Below are positions 23,368 to 35,271 of a stretch of DNA of 64,000 nt, piece by piece; position 1 is the first letter of the stretch; each line of letters opens with the position of its first letter. A program made the position numbers and the translations under genes. The stretch is from Mantamonas sphyraenae STR306. Taxonomy: Eukaryota > Protista > CRuMs. The notes below the pieces were generated by a model. That model did not search any database and was not told the origin of the DNA. It saw only the letters and a program-made list of their open reading frames with translations. Location of the stretch: NCBI GenBank assembly GCA_026936335.1, contig JAPMXV010000042.1, positions 372,001 through 436,000 of the forward strand, written 5' to 3'.

Positions 23368-25327
23368 ATGAGTCGGTTTAAGGCAAAGGAGAGTTCGAAA
23401 GAAGGCTCACGCCCAAACACCAACAAAATGGTGCTCGCCGACTCGATGGACAGCGACGACGTGTCGGAAGAGGGTGCAAGCGACGACGACGGCGGCGCCG
23501 GCGGGTACGTGGGTGACGGTGGCGACGCATGGGAGCGACTGGGTTGGCTGCAAGCGGAAGGGCCGCGTGCACTGGACAGGCTGTACGAGAGGCAAAACAC
23601 ATGCCTGCAGCAATTGTTCCCATCCCAAGAGACATGTCGCGACGCCAACGACGATCCCTTGGACAGGGAAGCCCTGTACGAGGAGCTGGAGCAGCTGGAG
23701 AGCGAGCAGATCGAAACTCAAGACACTGTTCTGGCACTCATGGATTCCATCCCTGAGCTGCTTGGCTCGGCCATCTGGGGGGTGCAGGACATGGAGTTTC
23801 TGCGCCAAGTGCAGAGTCAAGCACAGGCACAGCTCGCACAGCTGACCCTGCTCCAACGCGAGTTACAACTGCACAAGTCCCTCGAGGACGCCGACAACAA
23901 CAACAACAACAACAACAACAATATGAACAACACCAAGGGTAAAGGCAGGAAGAAAAGGCAGTTGGCAGACGATGTCCTGCTCGTGGAGCTTGCGGTGATT
24001 GAACAGCCGCTGCCCAGCGCCCTCCAGCTTAACGCTCCCTCACACAGGATTCACGAGCCCAAAGGTTCGCTGTCCACGGGCTCGCTGTCCACGGAAAGCA
24101 GCGACAGCGATGTGTACGAGGAGGAGTTGGACGACGAGGTGGATGCACAGTGCGATGCGGACGGAAACCCGTTTGGTTGGCTGGACGACAACTCGGCTGC
24201 CAGTTGGGACGACTACGTGGTGCAGTTGCTCGCCTCGCCTCTTTGTCCATACTCGGTAATCGGCAAGGTGCATGCGTTCCTTGTCTGCGAACAGAGCGAG
24301 GAGGACGCAGATGGCAACTTGGAAACCTTTTACGTGGAATCGGAGCCCATAGCCCACGCGGTGTTGGATGAACACACAGGCATGGCCGTGTTCCCTCGGT
24401 TGTATGAGCGTGTGCAAAGGCAAGGTTTGCGCGCTCTGTCCAGCGTCACCGATGCATGGCCCGAGTACGCCTACGTGGGTTTCTCGGTGGAAGTCGAGGT
24501 CGCCGGAGCGGGAGTGTTTCGCGTGTGCACCTCCCTGGAGAGTGCCTACCCGTGCAGGTTGTACGGAAGCAACGAAGAATGGTTGGAGGCTGCGGCCGAA
24601 ATGCTCTGGATGGACTGCGTGGACTATCACATCGACCAGGAGGAGGTCTCATGGAACCAGTTGGCCAATGTGCTGCAGTTGCACTTTGTGAACAGCACAA
24701 TGCAGGACCCCATGGAGCCCGAGCGGCCACTTGCACGCTCGGACATTGAGTATCTGCGCTCCAAGTTTCTGCCCGAAAGCGAGCAGCGACAGGTGATCAG
24801 TCAGGCTGTGTTCTTTGGTCCGCAGCTCCCTGCCAGTCTGTCCCCGCACGGAGCCTCGGGCAGCAGCAACACAGGCGCAGGTGCGGCGATGGACACGCAA
24901 GGCCTATGGCCGTGGTTTGGTCAGATTGTGCAGATGCTGCGCAGCCGACCGGATGTGCACGCGCTGTGGTGCAAGGGTGCCTTGTTTGGCCTCGTGTCGC
25001 GCAAGGACGCGATGAACGCTCTGTGTAGCGACAGCATGGAGGTGCCGCAGGCCGGCCGCTTCCTCATCCGTTTTTCTGAACGGAATCCTGGCAGCCTTGT
25101 CGTTGTGTATCTGGACGGCGACGACCAGTCGGACGGGCTGCAAGTGAAAAACTTCTTGGTTTCCAACGACGCCGATCTGCACGAGCTGATGGCGCGCTAC
25201 CCTGAATTTGGCCAGGTGCTTGTTGTGGATCCGAACGGCGACAACGACGCCATGCAACTCGTCGACAAGGAGCTCATGTTTGCACAGGACGACACACACG
25301 AACTGCTGGCAGCAGACTCGGCGTCTT

Positions 25328-25366
<39 letters not shown>

Positions 25367-27363
25367 TTGGTGCCAAGTACAATCGTGTGACGCTGGAATA
25401 CGCCGATCTGGAGTTTGACGATCAGGAGGACGGCGACGGCGACGGCGCGGTGCGTTTGGCAAGACTGGATGAGGAATTGGTGATGGTACGCAGCGTGGAG
25501 CTCAAAACACGCATGGGCAAGCGACTGCAGCGTCAGCTGCGCGACGAGTCACGGCTGCTTTGCAGTGCGGCCCACGGCAACGTCGTGCGCATGTACGGCT
25601 ACGCCATGCAGGAGAATGACAAGGGCGACGGGGCACGGGTGCACCTTGTACACGCGTACGAGGAAGACATGCAATCGTTGCCGTCGCTGATGGACGCGGC
25701 TGTGGACGAGGAGGACGGGGGTGCACTGGACATGGTGCAGGTGCTGCGCATTGCCCATGGCATTGCGTGTGGCATGCAGCATTTGGTGGAGACATGTGGC
25801 AAGGTGCACCACGGCGATCTGACCGCAGACAGTGTGCTTGTGGACAGGCGCGATGCTTCGCATGTAAAGATCTGCGAGTACGGCATGGCGAGGCCCACGT
25901 GCCTGCGCTACCGCGCGCCCGAGGTGATGCGTGGCGACGGCCCAGGCGACAAGACAGATGTGTACTCGTTTGGCCTGTTGCTGGCGGAGATGATCAACAT
26001 GGAAACGGTGTTTGCAGAGATGGAGGACGACCTGGAGGCAGCCAACGCTGCCACATACGACGGCCTTCGTCCACAGCTGGACAGCACGCGCTGCCCCGTG
26101 CTCCTCGAGTCCATCCTGCAGTCGTGTTGGAGCGACGACGCCTCGCAACGCCCGTCATTTGGCCAGTTGGTGCGTTATCTGCACCGGCTGCTACGCCAGG
26201 CGGTGGTGGGTGCGGGCGGTGTGGACGCGGACAAGGAGTTGCGTCTGGCCGAGGACAGGCTGCATGACGCCGAACAGACGCGCCGGCGCGCTCAGCTCAG
26301 TCTCCGGTATGCAGAGAACGAGAGGGAGGCCTTTGGGCGCATGAGCAAGCAGGCCGAGGAGGATGTGGACGCCTACGGTGCGTGGACGGGGCAGTTGGAA
26401 CACAATCTGGAGGCGTTTGTTGCGCCGTATCTCATCGACATCGACACAGTGCGCAAACTGACGCTTGTGGAGGAGGACGAAGTGGAGCGCGTGTACACGG
26501 GCGTGTGGAAGGGCACACCCGTGCGCGTGAAGGAGCTGTGCAGCATCGCCGCACACAACGACGACGATGCACTCGTGCACACGTTTGAAATGGAGGTGTC
26601 GCGCATGAGTAAGCTTCGTCATGACAACTTGACACTGTTTCTGGGCGCTTGCATCGACGAGTCAGCACACAGGCTGTGTCTGGTTACGGAACAGCTGCGT
26701 GGATACGTCAATCTGGAGACGTTGCTCGGTAGCAGCGAGCCTGCACAGCGTCGTATGGTGCGCCAACAAAGCGTGGCCATTGTACGTGGAGTCGTGCGCG
26801 CCCTGCGTCACATGCACCTCAGCAAGCCGGCCTTTGTGTGTGGCAGTGTCACGGCGCGACAGGTCTGGCTTCGTCTGGACGACTCGCAGACACGTGTCCT
26901 TGCCGTCAAGGTGGACCCCTTTGTGGGCCAACACATCTTGCTGGAGCACGGACGCATGGCTCAGGACGCACACGCCACCGAGAGTGTCCTCGAACTTGCC
27001 GAACCGGGCTCCCTGGCGCCCGAACTCCTGGAAGCCATGGTGCTGCAACGCGATGGCGATGAAGGCGACCTGGATGTGTGGCGCAGGCCGTTGGACCGTG
27101 CATCTGACGTCTGGAGTGTGGCCATGCTCATTTGGCGCATGCTGGCTGGAGGCGAGGACATCCTGCAGCCCCACAGCGTCGACCAGCACGTAGAGTGGAT
27201 CCTCCACGACGGTTGGCGTCCACAGGTGCCCCAACACGAGTCCCAACAGTTGGATGACTTGCTGCACGCCTGCTGGGCCGACCGTGCCGACGAACGACCT
27301 ACTGTCGACCAGCTCGCCACGAAACTGCGTACCCTGCGGCTGCCCAATGAATCGAAATCCTGA
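23368..27363 (+). CDS. STAT-like protein (Dictyostelium-type coiled coil, DBD, linker, SH2) fused to two tandem kinase-like (pseudokinase) domains
   Basis: Single intronless ORF; first ATG 23368. STAT core: LAVIEQPLP, WNQLANVLQLHF..TMQDP..PERPL...DIEYL, WPWFGQ, LWCKG, GRFLIRFSERNPG. Two TKL-like folds: HGNVVRMYG/RYRAPE/DVYSFG/CWSDDASQRPSF and RHDNLTLFLGAC/LAPE/DVWS/CWADRADERPT. Confidence 0.88.
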
Positions 27364-27429
27364 GAAAGTGAAATGCCGTGATTGATTGTTGTTGTTGTGT
27401 GTGTATGTATGTGCGTGTGTGTGTGCTCT

Positions 27430-28125
27430 TCAGTAGCCCCAGACGTCGCCATCGCCCTGGCTCGAGTGGTACACCCTGATCCAGGCCAGCACAGTTCCGT
27501 ACACAACCAGTCCGCCAGCCAAACCGAGCACAAAGGCAAGTGCACCAATGGCCTGGGCGTGCAGCATGACCAGCGGCAATCCAAACCCAGAAACCACAAG
27601 CGAGCCCGTGAGAAACTCGCCCACATGGCCAAAGTCCCGCTTGCCTGCACCGCCCCCAAACCCGTCCTCCGTGGGGGCAGGGCAGAACACGTTGGGCAAC
27701 GGTGCCACCAAGTATGTAAACACTGCGTATGGGTTTGTCGACAAGACGGCGGGGGACCATGGGAAGAGCCGTGGAATGGCGTGCCACCGAGGGAACGACG
27801 GGAAGTGTGTGTGAGTCGTTCGCGCCATGGGAAAACTGCCCAGCACCACCCTGCGTCACTCACCAATCATTATAGGCAGCCAGTTGTCGTGCAGGACACA
27901 CGCCAAGATGTTGAGCACCAGACCCAGGCACAGCAACAGGCTGAACCCGAGAATGCTGTTGTTGGGTACCGGCAACACACAATTGTCATTGTCAGTTCTC
28001 TCTCCCCCACCTTTGTGCCCACAGCTCGATTCACGCCTTCAAAGGCTGCCCCTCCCTCAGCCCTCCTCTCCATCTTCACTGTGTGGTACATACGTCTTTG
28101 GATCGCGCGCGTTGAGTTGAACCAT
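27430..28125 (-). CDS. VPS55: Vacuolar protein sorting 55 / OB-RGRP family membrane protein
   Basis: Exons 28125-28094, 27955-27864, 27722-27430. GLVLNILACVLHDNWLP, YLVAPLPN, FLTG.LVVSGFGLPLVMLHA.AI. Confidence 0.92.
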
Positions 28126-28135
28126 TTTCTTTCGT

Positions 28136-28159
28136 CGTTGCTGCGACGTCGCAGCAACG
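28136..28159. promoter_or_regulatory. Perfect 24-bp palindrome CGTTGCTGCGACGTCGCAGCAACG in the 58-nt divergent VPS55/TPR spacer
   Basis: Palindrome read directly; a regulatory role is inferred from position only. Confidence 0.5.
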
Positions 28160-28183
28160 CACGCGCACACACACACGCCACAC

Positions 28184-29101
28184 ATGGTACGTCCTGAGCC
28201 ACACACGCATCACACCACACCACATCACATCACACCACATCACATCGCAAGTTCTGCGCTCACACGTCTCTCTGCTCCCCTGTTTGCGACGACGGCCAAC
28301 CACCCTGTGCAGGAGTCTGAATCAGCGGTGGAAAAGTGGCTGCTCCTCAAGGTGGGCATCCTGCCCAAGAGCTCTCTGGGCTGGTTCCGAGCTGGCGTGG
28401 CCTTTTACAACAAGAAGCAGTTCTCCTACGCCATCGAATGTCTCCAGCGAAGCGTGGAGATGGACCCGAACAACGTGCGTGCCGCCACCGACCGTTGCCC
28501 TTCCAACCCACTTCCTCCTTTACAGCCTTCCTGCTGACAGCACACACCCCTGGTCGGTCCACACATGGCCCATGGCCTTCTCTGCTCTCTTTCCACACAG
28601 TACAACGCCTTTCAAATCATGGCACGCGCTTGTATCGCTGTAAATCGTACGTTGCCGCCGTTTCCCATCTCCTCCACCCGCCACCGCTTTCCCTCGTGGT
28701 ATCCCTCCGCCGTACCCACTCACACGCAATCTCCCACGACAGGCCGCGACGATGCCATTGCTGCCCTCAAGGAGTCGGTTAAACTGGACAACCCAAGCGA
28801 CTGGCAACTTCTCGGTATGGTCCCAACCACGTTCCCCGTCGTTCCGTCTTGCACATTCACCCTTACCCCTCGCTCACACTTTCCCTTTGCACCTATGGTT
28901 TCCCGGATCGACGCACCCCTGCACCACAGTTGAGCTGACAAACAGCAAGCAAGGTGTCTCTTCCAACGCCAACTCCTCCTCCTCCGCCAAGGGCAAGCAG
29001 CAGTTTGACGACGAACAACAAGGCCAAGAAACCACAACAGCAGAAGCTGGTGCCTCCTCCTCCTCATCATCATCCTCATCATCCTCATCATCATCGAATG
29101 A
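28184..29101 (+). CDS. Small TPR-repeat protein with Ser-rich tail (3' end uncertain)
   Basis: Exons 28184-28186 (ATG only), 28313-28474, 28601-28646, 28743-28814, 28930 onward. TPR helices WFRAGVAFYNKKQFSYAIECLQRSVEMDPNN and YNAFQIMARACIAVNRRDDAIAALKESVKLDNP. Stop is probably TGA 29099-29101 if one A is missing; as assembled the frame runs to 29417. Confidence 0.8.
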
Positions 29102-31971
29102 ACGCACGTCGCACGATCTCGTCCGTCTGCTTCCACAACCCAAACACGCGCGTGCAATGGCCAAACCCTGTCCATCGAGCGTCGTTCGAGTCATTGTTGT
29201 GGATCGGCGTCGTGGCCTTTGTGGGCACCGCGTGCGTCGTGTGGGGTGTCCACGAGTTGGGCATGCTGCCCAGCCCGCAACCCGACACCGTGCCTGCACA
29301 TCGTTTCTCGGCTGGCAGGGCGATGGAAACTCTGGAAACAGATTCTTGCACTGGGTCCTCGCCCACTGGGTCATCCCAGTGAACAGCAGACGCTGGATAT
29401 GGTCGTCAAAAAGCTGAAGAAGCTGCGAAGCCAACACCTGACACACCAGGACAGTCTGGCCATGGACATCAGCGTCCAACGAAGCCGCACAAATGCATAC
29501 ATGGACAAGGGACGCTTCATGGTGTATTCCAACGTCAGCAACGTGGTGGCCAGGCTGTCGCCGCGTTCGCTTCCAGCGCAAGCGCCTGCATTCCTCGTCT
29601 CGACGCACATCGACAGCGGGGTGCGCTCAGGCGGCGCCTTTGACGACGGCGTGCCTGTTGCCTGCATGCTGGAGGTGATTGCCAACATGCTCAACTCGAA
29701 ACCACCGCCCGAGTGGAACGCCACGGCGCTCGTCTTTCTTTTCAACAGTGCCGAGGAGATGGGTCTGCTGGGAAGCAATGCCTTTGTGGCCGATCATCCG
29801 TGGGTGTCCAACATCCAGGCATTCGCCAACTTTGAAGCGTCTGGCAGTGCTGGGCCTTCCATCTTGTTCCAGAGCTCCAACTCTCGTCTGGCCAGCATGT
29901 ATGCGGCTGCAGCTCCGCAGCCGCGTGGACTTGTCGTTGCACAGGACATCTTCCAATCGGGTGTCATTCCATCGGGCACAGATTTCAAAGTGTACGCTGA
30001 GGATGCAGGCATTGCAGGCATCGACGTGGCCTTCTACGAGCACGGAGACGTCTATCACACAATGATGGACAACATCGACCGTGTGCAAGAAAGCCCTGGC
30101 TCTGTTCAGCAAATGGGTGACAACATGCTGGCCTTGGTGCAGGCTGCGTCGCGCGTGCAGCAGTGGAACATGACCGATGCCGCCCCAGGGGTCTACTACG
30201 ATGTGTTTGGCATGTTTATGCTGTCGTACACGTCAGAGATGGCCTCCACCATGCATGTGATCACCCTTCTGGTGGTCCTTATGGTGCTTACCCGGTACGT
30301 CTACCGAATGGGCACTGGAGATCTCGTGCAGCACACGGTGGTGTTGTACGGTGGCCTCGTCTTCACAGCTATCCTTTCATTGATCCAAGCAGAGCTGCTG
30401 AGCAACGTGTTTGGTCCAATGCGCTGGTTCCCGCGTGCCGAGCAAGCCTTGCTCCTTTTCAGCCCCGCCGCCTTTGCTGGCCTTGCCCTGCCTGTCTACG
30501 CCGGTCATCGACTCATCCCCACACTTTGTCTGCATTTTCGAGGCATGCAACATGCTGCCCTGCTCTTTCACGCGTTCCTGCTTTTTGGCGGCACCATGCG
30601 CAACGTCGGCTCAACCTACATCGCCTGGCTCTGGGTCCTCGGCATCCTCGCCAGCATCGGCATGGACGTCTTGTCCACAGCCGCTTTTGAGCCGTGCGAG
30701 GTGATGACGTCGCAGCAGCCACTAGGGCGACCAAAAACAAGAACAAGAACAAGGCCGAGGATTCCGACGACCCGGCTGCAAAGATGCTCGATCAATTGGA
30801 GGAATTGGGTGTGAACGCGCGTCTTATTCAGGCTCCTCTGTCGCTACTGCCCCTGCTGCCGCTGATAGTGCCGCTGATGAGCCTGGACATGCTGATTGCT
30901 CTTGTGCGCTTCTTTGTGCCGCTGATGGGTCGGTTTGGCGCCGTGCCAGCCGACGCCATTGTGGCAGTGATGGTTTCCATGAGCGTATGTGTCATGCTGG
31001 TGTCCTGGTGGCCGGGGGTCCTTGCCACGCTCGGCACGCCTGAATGGCCCATGCTGCTGCAAGCACTACGTGCCTCGCGTGCCGTACGTGCCTCGCGCAC
31101 TCTCTCTCGCTCGCGCCACAACATCCACAACGGACGTGTTGGTGTCCTTGTCCTTCGCATGATCATTCTCATGCTGGTGGCCACAATTGTGGCCGGCCTT
31201 GTCCTTCGACCGTACGATGCCACACATCCCAAGCGCATCATGGTTCAATCCATGCATTTTCGTGACCAGGTATGCCCTGTGGGTTCTCTGTGCCAGGAAG
31301 TCCCTACAGAGGATCCGCAAGAGCCGCGGCTGGTCATCTCATCTTCCGATGCCACCCCACTGGACGACTCTGTCGCCGGCGTCCGGGCATGGTGTGACTC
31401 TCAACCAAACAATGGCTGTCGCATGGAACGGGATACCTCTCAGCCTCGCGCCCCTGTTCCCTCGCAGGTTGGACGGCGCCCATGCAGGCTGTGCGACAAG
31501 ATGGTGCTCCGTGGTCCGGCCGTGGTCACCAGCGACTCCCTCAAAGACAGCCAGCGCCTGCGTGTCAAGGTTGAACAGATTGTCGACACACCATCCATCC
31601 GAAACGTCACGATTCTCCTGCAGGCCACTGCCTCGATCAACGTGCAACTGGGCATCCCGCCCACGTGGGCAGGAAACTACCGCCTTTCCGGCTGGTCCCT
31701 GCACGACAAACTAGCCCAACCGACCATTGCTTGGACACTTGACGCACGTCTCGTTCAGCCTTTCTTTGTCTCGGCGCTCACAGAGAATCAATCGTGGCGC
31801 ATCACGCTCATGTTCAACCGCATCGACGGCCTATCTGCAACCAATGATCCCCTGCAACTACGCACGACTGCCATTTACGACCAAGACTCTCCTGTTGATG
31901 CGCATCTGCACGAACATTGCGCAACCACGCCCGTTGTTGTGTCGCACACAAACCACCGCATCTCCACTTGA
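29098..31971 (+). CDS. ERMP1: Multi-pass membrane M28 metallopeptidase (ERMP1/FXNA-like)
   Basis: RFSAGRAM..L, GPRPLG, YSNVSNVVARL, STHIDS, GAFDDG, FLFNSAEEMGLLGS, NFEASG, QDIFQSGVIPSGTDF, YHT..D, VYYD, many TM segments, PY...HPKR. Frameshifts at about 29336 (extra base) and 30692 (missing base). Start at 29098 or 29157. Confidence 0.88.
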
Positions 31972-32011
31972 CAATGAAGCATCATGCATTGGCTCTCTCG
32001 CATCTCCCGCA

Positions 32012-34976
32012 TTACCGAAGACCGAACCCTTCGCTATGCTCGATTGCAGTCAGCAACGCCTTCTGGAGCACCTCTTTGGAAGAGTATTCCGGCAGCAGGA
32101 CGTGGTTGAAGCACGTGTGCGACGACGGAAGCCGTGCATCCTCGCTGCCATTTCTGCTGATCACCAACTTCAGCGTCTGCAGGCCACCAATGGGCGACCG
32201 AGCGCTGCCCGTGGCAAACTGCAAAAACTTCTTCTGCTGCTCCGTGCTCATCGACAGCAGCACTTCCCAGAACCACACGATTACCTGACTATCCTTGGTA
32301 AATCCATCGTCGTAGTGGGTACCCTCCTGCAGCGCCTGAAAGTCCAGTTCCTTGGAGCCGCAGATCAACAGCTCCAGCTCCTCGGCGTGGAACAGCTTGA
32401 GGCCAGGGCCGTCCGCCACCATGATGAACCCCTCGTAAAAGGCGTCAAATTGCACTTGCACTTGCTCCACCAGCAGATAGTTGATATAAAGCGCAACAAA
32501 CTCCTCCTTGTTGCTCTGATTCACGAGGATCTCGTCTCCGTTTGGTTTGAGGTCGTGCGTGACCGTGGTGCCCCAGGCATCCTCATATGCGACACGAAAG
32601 GTGGATCCAATTACGTCCTCCATGTCGTCGCCTTCGTACTGCAGAATGTACTCCAGGGAGCGCGCGAGCGTCGGATTCAGGGACTTGAGGTCGGCCAGTG
32701 TCATGGGCTTCTTCATCAGCTTGCGGTAGAGCACCAAAGGGAACTGAACGTCCAACAAGACGCCATTGTACAGAGCCAACCCCAGCAGCATGCCTACCAC
32801 CTTGAACTCCTGTGCGCTCTCGAAGCTGCTGCTGTTGAACCACAGGTGGCGCATTTCCGTGTCCTCCACAAACATGCCAAACTTGGGATCCAGCAACTGG
32901 CGAATAAGCAACTGGAAGTACTCTTTGCGCACCCCGCCCTCGTCGATGCCGTCCTCGCCGTCAAACACCACCTTGAGCTCCTTCTGGAAGTCTTTGGTTT
33001 CGTACTGCACCACTGCACTCAGCGTATCTTCGAGGAGGTGGGAACGACGCACAAGGAACTTCAGATATGGAGACTCCAGGGCGTTGATGTTGCCTGACAT
33101 CAGCGCCGAAAACAGATGCTGCGGGTCGCGTGTGCCACGCGCAATGTTCTCCTGACGCACCTGGCTTTCGATGCGCAGGCAGCGGCTTTTGACAGCTGGC
33201 ATGAGCACAAACGGGTACGCGAGCATGGAAGTCTGGCCACGCAGCCACGCGACGACGTGGTATCGCAGGTCCATGGACTCGTTGATCGTGTCGTTGTAGA
33301 ACATGGTGTGTTCCAGCTGCACCATGGCCCTGTCATTTGCTTTGTCTGTGCGTGTGGCGCATTGTGTACACGTGTGAGTGGGTTGGGTGTGGACTGTGCG
33401 TTGCGTGCGTTGCGTGTGTGCGGTTGGGCGCACACCGGCTGCTGGCCCTCCGAAACGTACTCAGGAGGCGCAGGAGATCGAGCACGTAAAACACAGGGTC
33501 GTTCTCTGCGTTTCCCTGAATGAGCACCTGCATTGTGAGCAGGTTTTGGGCCGTAATGACCATGTCGCGGAAGCGTTTGTGGGGCAAGTTGGCGGTCCAC
33601 TCGACAATCTGGTCGTAGTCGGAGGCCGCAAGCTTGTTGATGCAAGAGAGTACTCGCTCGAGGGTCGTGTTGTAGTTGGTTTCGTACAGGGCGTGAAACT
33701 GGAGGGACAATCATAAACATGCGCATCTGGGCGACGCCTGAGCGCTGGGGTTGGTCGCTGTGAAAAGTGCGGTCGAGTGCGGAGATGCCAGCCTCGTTGA
33801 CAGTGGTCGACTGCATGGCTTCGATCAGCTCCATGGCTTTGATGAGCGCACGCACGTCCAGGCCGTTGAAGAGGTTGTTGTCCACCGCGTCCTCCTTGTC
33901 CTTGCTGAAGGTCCGCTGCAAGCGCTTCACAAGCAGCGCCGCAGGAGAGCGGGTGTCCAAAGAGGAAGAGGACGACGACGACGAAGAAGAAGAAGAAGAG
34001 GACGAGGTGCTGGACGTCGACGTCACCGACGCACTGCTCGTGTCCAAGGCGATCTCGTCGGTGCTGCCATTGCCGGCGTCGTCGCCAGACTCTGAAAGTT
34101 GTTCTTTCACTCCAACCGTGAGCTGGCCAACGCAGTTTGGGTGGTTGTGGCGTGGTGAGAACACGGCGAGTTAGCGGCGAGGGAGGGGGAGGGGGGGTAA
34201 CCTGGCAGGTGGTGGTCGGTGGACGCAGCTACGCCACCGCTCGCTACACTCACATTGAAGCTATCGTTGAGACGCTGGGCATCAGAAAAGAGGTCTGAGA
34301 GCAGTCTAGCGGTTGCCGCTTCACCCTCCTTGATGGCTGTGCGGATATCGGCAAGTTCGACGCCAGCGGGTTTCTCCACCGTCGTCTCTGCCTGCTTGCC
34401 CTTCTGCGAGCCACAACGGCCGCCATCGCACACACGTCGGTTCCAAAACAACCACACAAAAGCCACAGGTGTCAGCTCTCCACGGGTGCCATGTGTGGTG
34501 CGTTGTCTACGTGCCTTGCCGCTGTGTTCTGGAACTCTGCGGCTGACAAACGAGCGGGAAATCTGCAGGCAGTTTCCGTTCTCACTGCTCTGGAACCGGC
34601 GGCCTCTCTCCTCCACTTACCGACGCCTTGTCCTTGTATCCTGGGTTGTTGACGTCGTCGCAATGGTAGGACGTCTCCAGCTCCTTGGCCAGCTGCAGGG
34701 CCATCGGGCCGGCTTCGTACGCGTTCAAGCGGAGGCCATCTGAGAGATCGAACGATCAGGACGCCAAGAATTGAAGAAAACCCGCCGCCACGTCAGCATC
34801 AGGGACGCACGGCAAGGAAACATGTCCACCCACACGCATATCGCACACACATAACCTACTCGGATTGGATGCGCAGAAGCCGTTTTCGCATGAATCGTAG
34901 CCGCAGCCCTGAGTAAGTTGCAGATGGTAGCTGGTTCGACGACGCCGCCCGGTTTTCCCGCCGTATGAGTGTTCAT
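32012..34976 (-). CDS. UBE3A: HECT E3 ubiquitin ligase with N-terminal AZUL zinc finger (UBE3A/E6AP-like)
   Basis: Introns 34859-34740, 34620-34404, 34253-34123, 33460-33346. AZUL: YHLQLTQGCGYDSCENGFCAS. HECT: PYLKFLVRR, FDGEDGIDEGGVRKEYF, LQFATGS, LPSSHTCFNHVLLPEY, EGFGLR. Frameshift at about 33705; the start region is uncertain (possible frameshift near 34935). Confidence 0.88.
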
Positions 34977-35271
34977 GCCCGTCCCCTATGCCACTCGTCA
35001 CACCCTTTGCCTTGTTTGACCAAACCTACCGCTCCACGCGCTCCTTGATGCGCTGTTTCTTTGACATGGGGCCTACGGATCACCAGTTGGAATTGTTTTC
35101 GCTTGGGTGGACCGGCACGCCAATTCTTTTCAAGCACAAACCACATGCAGCCTCGATTAGCATACAATCCATTTCATTGTGCCTGTGCCTCTCTCAGATG
35201 GCTGTGCTCCATTCCAGGCAAAAGGAACCGCAAAGACCTGCCCCACACCGCAAACGCCACCAAGTCCGCCC

